The position numbers and the translations under genes were made by a program. Source: Candidatus Kaelpia imicola (GTDB taxonomy: Bacteria > Omnitrophota > Gorgyraeia > Kaelpiales > Kaelpiaceae). Taken from it: 64,000 nt of DNA. Under the pieces are notes generated by a model. That model saw only the letters and a list, made by a program, of their open reading frames with translations. It was not told where the DNA came from and did not search any database. Positions 1-7,277 of the stretch are shown piece after piece (position 1 is the stretch's first letter; each line of letters starts with the position of its first letter). Location of the stretch: NCBI GenBank assembly GCA_030765505.1, contig JAVCCL010000004.1, positions 35,933-99,932 on the forward strand, read 5' to 3'.

Positions 1-35
1 TTTAGGCACCCTAGCATTACTAAAATGATGTATTT

Positions 36-1778
36 ATGACAAGCAGTAATTTTTTTAAATTAGAAGCAGCAGACTTAAAGAAAAGTTTTCTTGATTTAGA
101 TAGCATTCAAGATTTGGCTGCTCTTTTAGATGTAAGATGTAGCTTAGTAACATACTATGCTTTTATTCTGCCCGACAAAATAAAATATAAAAAGTTTACT
201 ATTCCTAAAAAATCTGGAGGTCAAAGAGAGATTAATGCTCCGATATTGCCATTAAAAGCAATTCAAAATAGATTAAATTTTATTCTACAAAATATTTACA
301 CCCCAAAGTCTTATGTGCATGGTTTTGTTAAAAAAAGAAGTATCCTTACTAATGCACGAAACCATGTATCTAAAAGTTTTGTTGGCAATATTGATTTAAA
401 AGATTTTTTCCCTTCTATTAATTTTGGTAGAGTTAGGGGGGTGTTCATAGCAGCTCCTTTTGAATTTAACAATAAAGTAGCAACAGCATTAGCACGTATT
501 GCATGTTTTGATAATTATTTACCGCAAGGAGCTCCGACTTCGCCTATAATTTCCAATCTCATTTGCGTTAAACTAGATAGTAGACTATCACAGCTTGCAA
601 GAAAATATGATTGTTTTTACACTCGATATGCAGATGATTTGACTTTCTCTACGTTGTCTAGTGTTTTCCCTGAAGCAATTTTAAAAAAGGAAGTAGTTAA
701 TGGTAGAGAAGATATTGTAATTGGAGAAGAATTAAAAAACACAGTGATAGATAATGGATTTAAAATAAATAAAAAGAAATTAAGATTAAAAGACAAAAGA
801 CAACGGCAAGAAGTTACAGGATTAACCACAAATGTTTTTCCAAATGTAAACAGGAAGTTTATTAGGCAGGTTTGGACGATGATTCATATGTGGTATAAGC
901 ATGGTTTAGCCTCTGCTGAGAAAGAGTATTTTAATCGCATAGACGATAAGTTTAGAAATCCGAAACATAAACGTCCGTCATTTAAAGAAATACTTGTTGG
1001 CAAGATAGATTTTATCGGGCAGATAAGGGGAAGGCAGGATAGGATTTATTTAAATTTATGTAGAACGTTTAGGAAGCTTTGTCCGAAGAAAAAATTCTAT
1101 GTTGATTATGATGATGAAAGTTTACCATTGATTATAACAGAGGGTAGTACCGATAGAATACATCTTAAGGCTGCCTTAAGAACGTTATATTCTAAAAGGT
1201 TGTATAGGTATCTAGATGTACGTTTTAATGAATATACACAAAGCATGGGTTCTGGTGCTTTGTCTAAATTATGTAAAGAGATGTGTAAAGTGCAACAACC
1301 AGTAAAAACAATATTTATTTTTGATAGTGACGAAGAGGAGTATATTGTATTTGCAAATGAGGGAGGTAGATGCGGTGCCCCTAGATATTGGGGCAATAAT
1401 GTGTTTTCCTTTTCATTGCCGATACCTCCCCACAGGCAAAAACAATCTTATATTAGTATAGAGCATTATTATAAAGATGATGAGATTAAGAGATTGGATA
1501 GTAACGGGTGTAGATTATTTTTTAAGAATGAATTTGACTGGAATACTAAGGAGCATCTTTCTGAGAATTTGAAAATAAAAGAAGACAAAAAGATAAAAGG
1601 AACAAAGCTTACCTCAATAATTGACCATAATATTGTTAGCAGTAGTAATGATGCTAATATGGTATTGTCAAAATCTCTGTTTGCAAAAAATGTGTTACAC
1701 AAAGAAAACAATTTTCACGATTTTAATTTCGATGAATTTACTAGAATCTTTGATTTAATTAATGAAATATTAAGATAA
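36..1778 (+). CDS. Retron-type reverse transcriptase fused to a C-terminal TOPRIM-like nuclease domain (Retron-Eco2/Ec67-like architecture)
   Basis: 580-aa ORF. RT motifs: IPKKSGGQREINAP, NIDLKDFFPSINFGRVRG block (characteristic of retron RTs as I recall them), LPQGAPTSPIISNL, catalytic YADD box (aa 198-201), retron-typical VTG motif (RQEVTGL, aa 258-264). C-terminal aa ~364-485 shows TOPRIM-type acidic motifs IITEGSTDRIHLKAAL (conserved Glu) and FIFDSDEEE (DxD) about 60 aa apart. Confidence 0.8.
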   Translation: MTSSNFFKLEAADLKKSFLDLDSIQDLAALLDVRCSLVTYYAFILPDKIKYKKFTIPKKSGGQREINAPILPLKAIQNRLNFILQNIYTPKSYVHGFVKKRSILTNARNHVSKSFVGNIDLKDFFPSINFGRVRGVFIAAPFEFNNKVATALARIACFDNYLPQGAPTSPIISNLICVKLDSRLSQLARKYDCFYTRYADDLTFSTLSSVFPEAILKKEVVNGREDIVIGEELKNTVIDNGFKINKKKLRLKDKRQRQEVTGLTTNVFPNVNRKFIRQVWTMIHMWYKHGLASAEKEYFNRIDDKFRNPKHKRPSFKEILVGKIDFIGQIRGRQDRIYLNLCRTFRKLCPKKKFYVDYDDESLPLIITEGSTDRIHLKAALRTLYSKRLYRYLDVRFNEYTQSMGSGALSKLCKEMCKVQQPVKTIFIFDSDEEEYIVFANEGGRCGAPRYWGNNVFSFSLPIPPHRQKQSYISIEHYYKDDEIKRLDSNGCRLFFKNEFDWNTKEHLSENLKIKEDKKIKGTKLTSIIDHNIVSSSNDANMVLSKSLFAKNVLHKENNFHDFNFDEFTRIFDLINEILR

Positions 1779-2051
1779 TTTAATTAAAAATCCAACTTCA
1801 ATATGCTGTTTATGGAGTAAGTGCATATATTTTTTAAAATTTTTCAATAATCTGTACTAGATTACCTTAATATTGTTGCTTGTTCCTTTATGTGCCTAGT
1901 AAAACTGTAGATTAATTTAGAAAGGTAAGTAATATATGAACGGGATATTAAACGGACAAGAATCGGTATTTTATAAATTATTTCGGTATATTTTTTTGCT
2001 AATTTCGAGAGATATTTCTAAGGAAACCACCTTGAAAAGCTTATGATTTTG

Positions 2052-2060
2052 TGGTATAAT
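2052..2060 (+). promoter_or_regulatory. Extended -10 promoter element (TGgTATAAT) in the long RT-downstream intergenic region
   Basis: Sequence tgTGGTATAAT; perfect TATAAT with TGn extension; no coding ORF follows for ~460 bp. Confidence 0.4.
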
Positions 2061-2112
2061 TTAAAAGTTAAGTAAGAGTTCCTTTAAAATGTTTATTTAG
2101 CAAAGAAAAGAT

Positions 2113-2141
2113 TTAGACGAATTAGAGATTCGTGGTATAAT
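2113..2141 (+). promoter_or_regulatory. Sigma70-like promoter (TTAGAC -17- TGgTATAAT)
   Basis: Second copy of the same gTGGTATAAT element with a -35-like TTAGAC at 17-nt spacing; transcription would run toward the 2523 ORF through a ~380-nt leader. Confidence 0.45.
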
Positions 2142-2522
2142 GTATCCGATAGTTCGAGAATCAATCTAAAAAATATTCCATCTAGCAGGGAAGATTAAAT
2201 TTCGGTATTTTATTCAATGTAGTATTGTCGATTAATTTAGATGTTAGTTTATAAAAAAGTTTTTTCCAATATATGGATGGATGGGGGAGCGTAGTATTGA
2301 TAAATTTTAATAACTTACGAGGAGGTGATGTCTATGAGAAATTGATATGGTAGTATTTTGTTGGTTGTTTGGGGTAGCGTAGGTCTAAGGCATTCTAAAG
2401 GAAGAAATTCCACCGTAGAGCTTATATAGAAATAATAATACATTTTCTATGAATTATTCTCCCTGAGCATTAGTCGAGGTTAAATAAAATGTTAACTTTA
2501 ACAATGTTTAAGGAGAATAATT

Positions 2523-3776
2523 ATGTATGCAGAAAACAGCAAAATTAACGTAGTATTAGTAGAGCTAGAAGTAAAAAAACATTTCCCCAAACTTTGGAAG
2601 GCTACCGAAGCTTCTTTAGCAACAGTTGCAACGCTCCTGTTGAAAAATAATGCTAACCCCACATCTTTAGTGTTGATAGGTCCAGTCTCATCTGGAAAAT
2701 CAACAGTACTAAGTTTTTTCCAAGGGTTAGAAAAGATTACTTACTGTACCGATTATTTTACAGCTAAAGCACTTGTTACTCATTATGCAAATAAAGATAA
2801 AAAGGAGCTAGATGATTTAGACCTACTTAAAAGAATCAAAGGTAAAAGTATGGTCGTTTCTGATTTAGGATGCATTTTTGGCTCCAAGAAAGATAATCTA
2901 AGAGAAACCCTAGGTATATTTACTAGAGCTTTAGATGGAGAAGGTCTTCTTACTGATTCTGGAGTTCATGGTAGGCGAGGGATTAAGGGGAGTTGTATGT
3001 TTGCAATGCTTGGAGGTACTACTCCATTTAAGTATAAAATATGGGATGAAATGGGGCGATTTGGCTCTAGGATGTTGTTTATTACAATGCCTTTTCTAGA
3101 GGATGAGACTAATGAAGATATCAAAAATGATTTTAAAGGTGAATTATCGTATTTAGAAAAAAGACAATTTTGCGGAGGGGAGGTCAATCAATATTTAAAA
3201 GATTTATGGGAAGAAACTGGCGGATTTCAATCTATCGATTGGGATGATAGTAGTACTTCAAGTGAGATTATGGATTTTATAATTGAATCTGCCAGATTGT
3301 TATCTAAGCTCAGAGGGTTAGTCCCGATATGGAACAGTAGCGATGGAGAATTCCAGTATCAACAACCTACAATAGAAGCTCCTCATAGAGCTATCTCTTT
3401 ATTTCTTAACTTAGCAAAGGGTAGGGCAATCATTAATGGAAGAAGGCAAATATGTATAAATGATATGGCTCTAGTGCTTGATGTGGCACTTAGTTCATGC
3501 CCGTCAGATAGAGGGAAGATATTTAAGGCACTGGTTAAATCGGAAAATGGTACTTTAAATACTCAAGAAGTATGCGAAGTACTCAATGTTAGTACTAAAA
3601 TAGCTTTAAGAGCTATGGAGAATTTTAGTATATTAAAAATAGTAGAGCATTACGATAGAAAGGAAGGAGTAGGTAGGCCTGGTTGTGTTATTCGCTTAAG
3701 AAAGGAAATAAAGGAGTGGACTGAAACTTCTAATTTTAAGCAATACTTTGCCGAAAACGAGAGTGATATAGGGTAA
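2523..3776 (+). CDS. P-loop NTPase with C-terminal winged-helix/HTH-like domain (possible replication-initiator or helicase-like ATPase of a mobile element)
   Basis: 417 aa. Walker A GPVSSGKST; candidate Walker B MVVSDLG; C-terminal segment TQEVCEVLNVSTKIALRAMENFSILKIVEH resembles a wHTH DNA-binding fold. Family assignment is not possible by eye. Confidence 0.5.
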   Translation: MYAENSKINVVLVELEVKKHFPKLWKATEASLATVATLLLKNNANPTSLVLIGPVSSGKSTVLSFFQGLEKITYCTDYFTAKALVTHYANKDKKELDDLDLLKRIKGKSMVVSDLGCIFGSKKDNLRETLGIFTRALDGEGLLTDSGVHGRRGIKGSCMFAMLGGTTPFKYKIWDEMGRFGSRMLFITMPFLEDETNEDIKNDFKGELSYLEKRQFCGGEVNQYLKDLWEETGGFQSIDWDDSSTSSEIMDFIIESARLLSKLRGLVPIWNSSDGEFQYQQPTIEAPHRAISLFLNLAKGRAIINGRRQICINDMALVLDVALSSCPSDRGKIFKALVKSENGTLNTQEVCEVLNVSTKIALRAMENFSILKIVEHYDRKEGVGRPGCVIRLRKEIKEWTETSNFKQYFAENESDIG

Positions 3777-3883
3777 TATATACAATACTTTATTATATAT
3801 ATATATAGTTATTGTTGTTATGTATCACTTAGTAAAAAGTAAAAAAACTACTAAAGAAACTACTAAAAAATGCTAGAGAAAAT

Positions 3884-3942
3884 GAACGATAAGTATGTTT
3901 TTTGTACTTATCGTTCAAGGGGGAACTATTTGGTTCCCCCTT
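3884..3942 (+). other. Two consecutive stem-loops between the NTPase and HTH genes (12-bp AT-rich stem, then 11-bp GC-rich stem aagggggaac/ggttccccctt)
   Basis: Perfect inverted repeats gaacgataagta...tacttatcgttc and aagggggaac-tattt-ggttccccctt. No U-tract follows either, so not a canonical intrinsic terminator. Confidence 0.4.
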
Positions 3943-4019
3943 CAGTATAACTAAGAACTTAATGCTTTACTCTATGCTACTATTCAGCTATAATATGTTA
4001 TAAGATGTTCTAATATACT

Positions 4020-4208
4020 ATGAATATAATAAAAGAACTTAAAGATTACCGATTAAAGAACAAAATTACTCAACAAGAATTAGCTAAGATGCTAGAAGTA
4101 TCATTTGCTACTGTAAATAGGTGGTTTAATGGACATACTAAGCCTAGTGAAATACAGGAGTATCATATAAAAGAACTACTAAAAAAGGAGGAGATAAAGG
4201 CTAAATAA
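4020..4208 (+). CDS. Small HTH DNA-binding protein, excisionase/AlpA-like (HTH_17-type)
   Basis: 62 aa; ITQQELAKMLEVSFATVNRW is a classic HTH signature. A -10-like TATAAT lies at ~3988-3993. The gene's 3' end is embedded in the first att-like repeat. Confidence 0.6.
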   Translation: MNIIKELKDYRLKNKITQQELAKMLEVSFATVNRWFNGHTKPSEIQEYHIKELLKKEEIKAK

Positions 4209-4290
4209 GAAAGCACTAGAAACAAGGTTTTTACAGGCTCATACCCGTATTGTCAGTGGTTCGAGTCCACTCACCGCCATTTCTAATCCT
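4186..4290 (+). repeat. att-like repeat copy A with tRNA-like 3' terminus (cagtggttcgagtccactcaccgcca)
   Basis: Contains a T-arm-like GGTTCGAGTCC plus an acceptor-like strand. Shares the HTH-gene 3' end plus the gaaagcactagaa...ggctcatacccgtattgtcagtgg block with copies B, C and D. Confidence 0.6.
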
Positions 4291-4451
4291 ACCTAATAAA
4301 TACATGCAATTTTAAAAAACTTATAAAGTAATTTGACAACACGAAATTATATGGTATAAATATATTGGAAATAAATTGCTCTTAGGGTGGGGAGCTTGAA
4401 ATAGATGAGATGAGAATAAAAGGTGTGAAAAGTAAAAAAGGAGGTTAGAAG

Positions 4452-5072
4452 ATGAAGAATTTAATAGTAATTGCGGCAATGGGGTTTTTAGGAATAACAA
4501 TGTTTAGTTTACCAAGTTTTGCTGTACCTTGGGAACAAGAAAAGATGCCTATAGATTGTGAGTACATACAACAAGAAAATCAACCAGCAATTGTCGGCAG
4601 TTTAGAAAAAATGGAATACGTCGACTTTAAGAAAGGGGCTGCTAAAGATATTGCATACTCATTAGAAGATGTTGATATGGATAGTTTAAATAAGGCCTTA
4701 GAAGTCATAGATAAAGCTTTATGTTCTTCATTGGTAGGTGGTGCATGTGTATTACCTATAGATGTTGAGAAGATAACTAGGCAACTAATGGCCATTGTAG
4801 GTGTATATTCAAAACAAGAAATGGATATTGAAGCTGAAACTGAATCTTTTACTAAAAGAATAGACGAATTTATCACGTTTAAATATCCTGATATACAAGA
4901 TTTTGCAATCGATGGCTACGTTCTGGGTATCCTTTTGAATATTTATAGTTGTGATTTAAGAAATATTTCATTTGAATGGCATGACTATAACGAAAGAGCT
5001 CTTAATGATTTAAGCAGAACTCCATTTGAATGGCATAACTATAACGAAAGAGCTTCTGATGAAGACAATTAA
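4452..5072 (+). CDS. Secreted hypothetical protein with C-terminal tandem repeat
   Basis: 206 aa; N-terminal signal peptide (MKNLIVIAAMGFLGITMFSLPSFA). A 33-bp DNA direct repeat (4969-5060) encodes FEWH(D/N)YNERA twice. Confidence 0.55.
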   Translation: MKNLIVIAAMGFLGITMFSLPSFAVPWEQEKMPIDCEYIQQENQPAIVGSLEKMEYVDFKKGAAKDIAYSLEDVDMDSLNKALEVIDKALCSSLVGGACVLPIDVEKITRQLMAIVGVYSKQEMDIEAETESFTKRIDEFITFKYPDIQDFAIDGYVLGILLNIYSCDLRNISFEWHDYNERALNDLSRTPFEWHNYNERASDEDN

Positions 5073-5095
5073 TCTTTGATTACGATCTAGATTAG

Positions 5096-5130
5096 AAAGC
5101 CCGTCATTAATTTGACGGGCTTTTCTTTTT
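5096..5130 (+). terminator. Rho-independent terminator
   Basis: aaagcccgtca-ttaatt-tgacgggcttt followed by ttttcttttt. Confidence 0.8.
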
Positions 5131-5185
5131 GTATATTCCTATTTAATTCCGTAGTAAAATAATACTATAAATACTAACCGCTTAA

Positions 5186-5360
5186 CCCCAAAAGGAGGCG
5201 ATGGAGGCTAAGCAGGGAAGTACTAGTAGTCAGTAGGGTCAAAACGTTAGTTTTCTGGCGTTAGCCGTGGCTCATACCCGTATTGTCAGTGGTTTAGTGG
5301 AGCATCCCGAGATAAAATATCTATAGTTGAATTTCAACGGGGCGAGTCCATCCACCGCCA
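5186..5360 (+). repeat. att-like repeat copy B (long form) with tRNA-like 3' end split by a 48-nt segment carrying a 13-bp palindrome
   Basis: ccaaaaggaggcgatggaggctaag...ttagccgtggctcatacccgtattgtcagtggtt[48 nt]cgagtccatccaccgcca; ~80% identical to copy D over ~170 nt. Confidence 0.6.
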
Positions 5361-5475
5361 AAGTCTCTTCTTTTGATTGGCTTGTTTTTTCTTTTGCAAT
5401 AGAATATTTTTGGATTAAAATATAATACAAAAGATAAAATTTGTTATTTTAACACTGTTTATTTCTGCCTGTATC

Positions 5476-5706
5476 TTGCCTGTTAATATTTTATATTCTC
5501 AAGAATATGGTGGTCTCACGGATTGGGAGTGGCAGGTGGTTAATGAGCTTGAGGATAGATTAGATGCTTTGGGGGATTGGCCAGATTGGGAAGATACAGA
5601 CAGAGTGGTTATGGAAGTAGCAAATAAGTATAGGCTTACTAAAGATGAACTGTATGATCTTGATGAAATAGCATTTTATTTACGGATATATTTGGGGGAT
5701 TTTTAA
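5476..5706 (+). CDS. Small acidic Trp-rich hypothetical protein (TTG start)
   Basis: 76-aa ORF, only non-ATG start in frame; very acidic (DWEWQVVNELEDRLDALGDWPDWEDTD). Coding status uncertain. Confidence 0.3.
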   Translation: MPVNILYSQEYGGLTDWEWQVVNELEDRLDALGDWPDWEDTDRVVMEVANKYRLTKDELYDLDEIAFYLRIYLGDF

Positions 5707-5729
5707 AATAAAAGTTGATTTGTAATTTA

Positions 5730-5795
5730 GGTGGTTTAATGGACATACTAAACCTAGCGAGATACAAGAGTATTATATAAAAGAACTACTAAAAA
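5730..5795 (+). pseudogene. Fragment of a second excisionase-like HTH gene (3' end only)
   Basis: ~90% identical to 4120-4190 (ggtggtttaatggacatactaa...aaagaactactaaaaa); no 5' part or start codon. Confidence 0.6.
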
Positions 5796-6017
5796 CCCCA
5801 AAAGGAGGAGATAAGGGCTAAATAAGAAAGCACTAGAAGTAAAGTTTTCTGGCATTAGCCGTGGCTCATACTTGTAATATTGGTGGTTCAAATCTACTCA
5901 TTGCTATATCTACATTTTACCGTGGTTAATTTATGTTAAATCGGTAGATTAGCGAAGCATCTCGAATGAAAAGCATCGTAGAGTAACTTCATTTGGGGCA
6001 AATTTACTTCCCGGCAT
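5796..6017 (+). repeat. att-like repeat copy C (degenerate)
   Basis: ccaaaaggaggagataagggctaaataagaaagcactagaag...ttagccgtggctcatacttg...tggtggttcaaatctactcattgc, plus a degenerate version of the 48-nt segment (tagcgaagcatctcgaatg...ggggcaaatttacttcccggca). Confidence 0.5.
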
Positions 6018-6191
6018 TATAACTTCAGCTGATAATCGATAATAAGCAGTGAAAATTTTATACCTCGGCAAAAATTCTATCCCAACTACGAAGTGGTTTT
6101 TTGTTTTTAGCTTATAGCCAATAGTCAAAAATATCCTGCCGTAATTTGTAAAGCACTTAAATATAAGTTATATTTATTATGAGAGGTAAGA

Positions 6192-7079
6192 ATGAAAGAT
6201 TATAAATTTAAGGTTTTTGGATTAATCTATTTAGCATTAATGAGTTGTATTTTGTTTTGCACTGACTCTGCTTATGGAAGGAGAGTTAAAGAGAGTGTTA
6301 TACAAAGAAATTTCAGTTTGATCGAAGACAGATTCAGTGAAAATATCGCTAATAAATTGTTAAACCTCAAGTTAAATGGGAGGGAGATAGGTAGAGAAGT
6401 ATTGGCAAGAGGAACTTTAATAGGAGGCCTTGAACCCGTATTAATACTTAGAGCTGTATTGGAAGATAATTTTGAAAATACTCTATTTGGTCAAGAACCA
6501 AATTGGGATGAAATTGCCAGCGAAATAAGCTTTTTTTTCGATATGGATATTGAGCAGTCCAAAAGACAATGGATTAATAAAGAAGATGTAATTGGTTGTA
6601 TGGGATATGTGTATCCCAATATATCCAAAGGAACAATAGTAAGCGTAAAGAGTATTTTTAATTATAACTATACTCACTCTGTTGCAGAATGTTTAGCAAT
6701 AAGTTTATATGATAAGGATTCAGGAATAATTGCACTAGTACATTTAAAACCCAATTTGTTTTTTTCAGAACAAGAAAAAGTTAAACTCTGGATGGAAGTA
6801 ATCAATGATACTCTATATAGGTTAAAAGACAGAGGTGCTGATTTAGGAAATTTGGAGGCAAGAATTATTGGGGGGAGCGTATATATTCTTGAAACCGGCA
6901 CATATATTTTTAAAACTGAAGAAGAAAAGATTGCTGCTGTGAAGAGAATTCTTAAAGTTTATCAAGTACTTATAAGTTTAAATATCCCGATTGTTGAAAG
7001 AGATATCTTGAGAACAGAGCGTTCTAATGATTTAATAGTCTCTGCCTATGACGGGTTATTCTATAATGTGCGCCCATAG
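6192..7079 (+). CDS. Hypothetical exported/membrane protein with C-terminal CheD-like (chemoreceptor glutamine deamidase-like) domain
   Basis: 295 aa; N-terminal hydrophobic segment. ECLAISLYDKDSGIIALVHLKPN and RLKDRGADLGNLEARIIGGS resemble the CheD motifs around the catalytic Cys and His and the GG loop, as recalled from B. subtilis CheD. Confidence 0.4.
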   Translation: MKDYKFKVFGLIYLALMSCILFCTDSAYGRRVKESVIQRNFSLIEDRFSENIANKLLNLKLNGREIGREVLARGTLIGGLEPVLILRAVLEDNFENTLFGQEPNWDEIASEISFFFDMDIEQSKRQWINKEDVIGCMGYVYPNISKGTIVSVKSIFNYNYTHSVAECLAISLYDKDSGIIALVHLKPNLFFSEQEKVKLWMEVINDTLYRLKDRGADLGNLEARIIGGSVYILETGTYIFKTEEEKIAAVKRILKVYQVLISLNIPIVERDILRTERSNDLIVSAYDGLFYNVRP

Positions 7080-7277
7080 TATAGGGAGAGTTTGGTAATT
7101 AGTTTAATTTTGCAAAATAACAAAGAAATATAGACAAAATTAGCAAGGAAAGAACAGATAGTTAATAATTTACCAAATCCGGTGGGCTTTTCTTTTTATA
7201 TCTTTCCACCTCATTTCATAGTAAAATAATAGCAATTGCGGATGTTTTCTCCCGAATTTTAATCCAAGGATTAAATA

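Noticed and set aside
36-1778. Group II intron maturase or other non-retron RT for the first ORF
   Set aside because: No intron RNA domains (domain V-like hairpin) flank it, no maturase X/En domains. The retron-specific NIDLKDFF...NFGRVRG and VTG motifs are present, and the extra domain is TOPRIM-like rather than a thumb/maturase.
2334-2345. Mini-ORF ATG-AGA-AAT-TGA as a bona fide leader peptide gene
   Set aside because: Noted in a finding but not annotated as a CDS: a 3-codon ORF with an SD can arise by chance in AT-rich DNA; no evidence of conservation.
5186-5360. Intact tRNA or tmRNA gene at the att-like repeats
   Set aside because: Only the T-arm/acceptor-like 3' portion is recognisable. 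No D-arm or anticodon arm can be paired, no tmRNA 5' TLD (..TTCGAC..) or plausible tag reading frame. The 48-nt segment sits where no tRNA insertion is expected. Best treated as att remnants.
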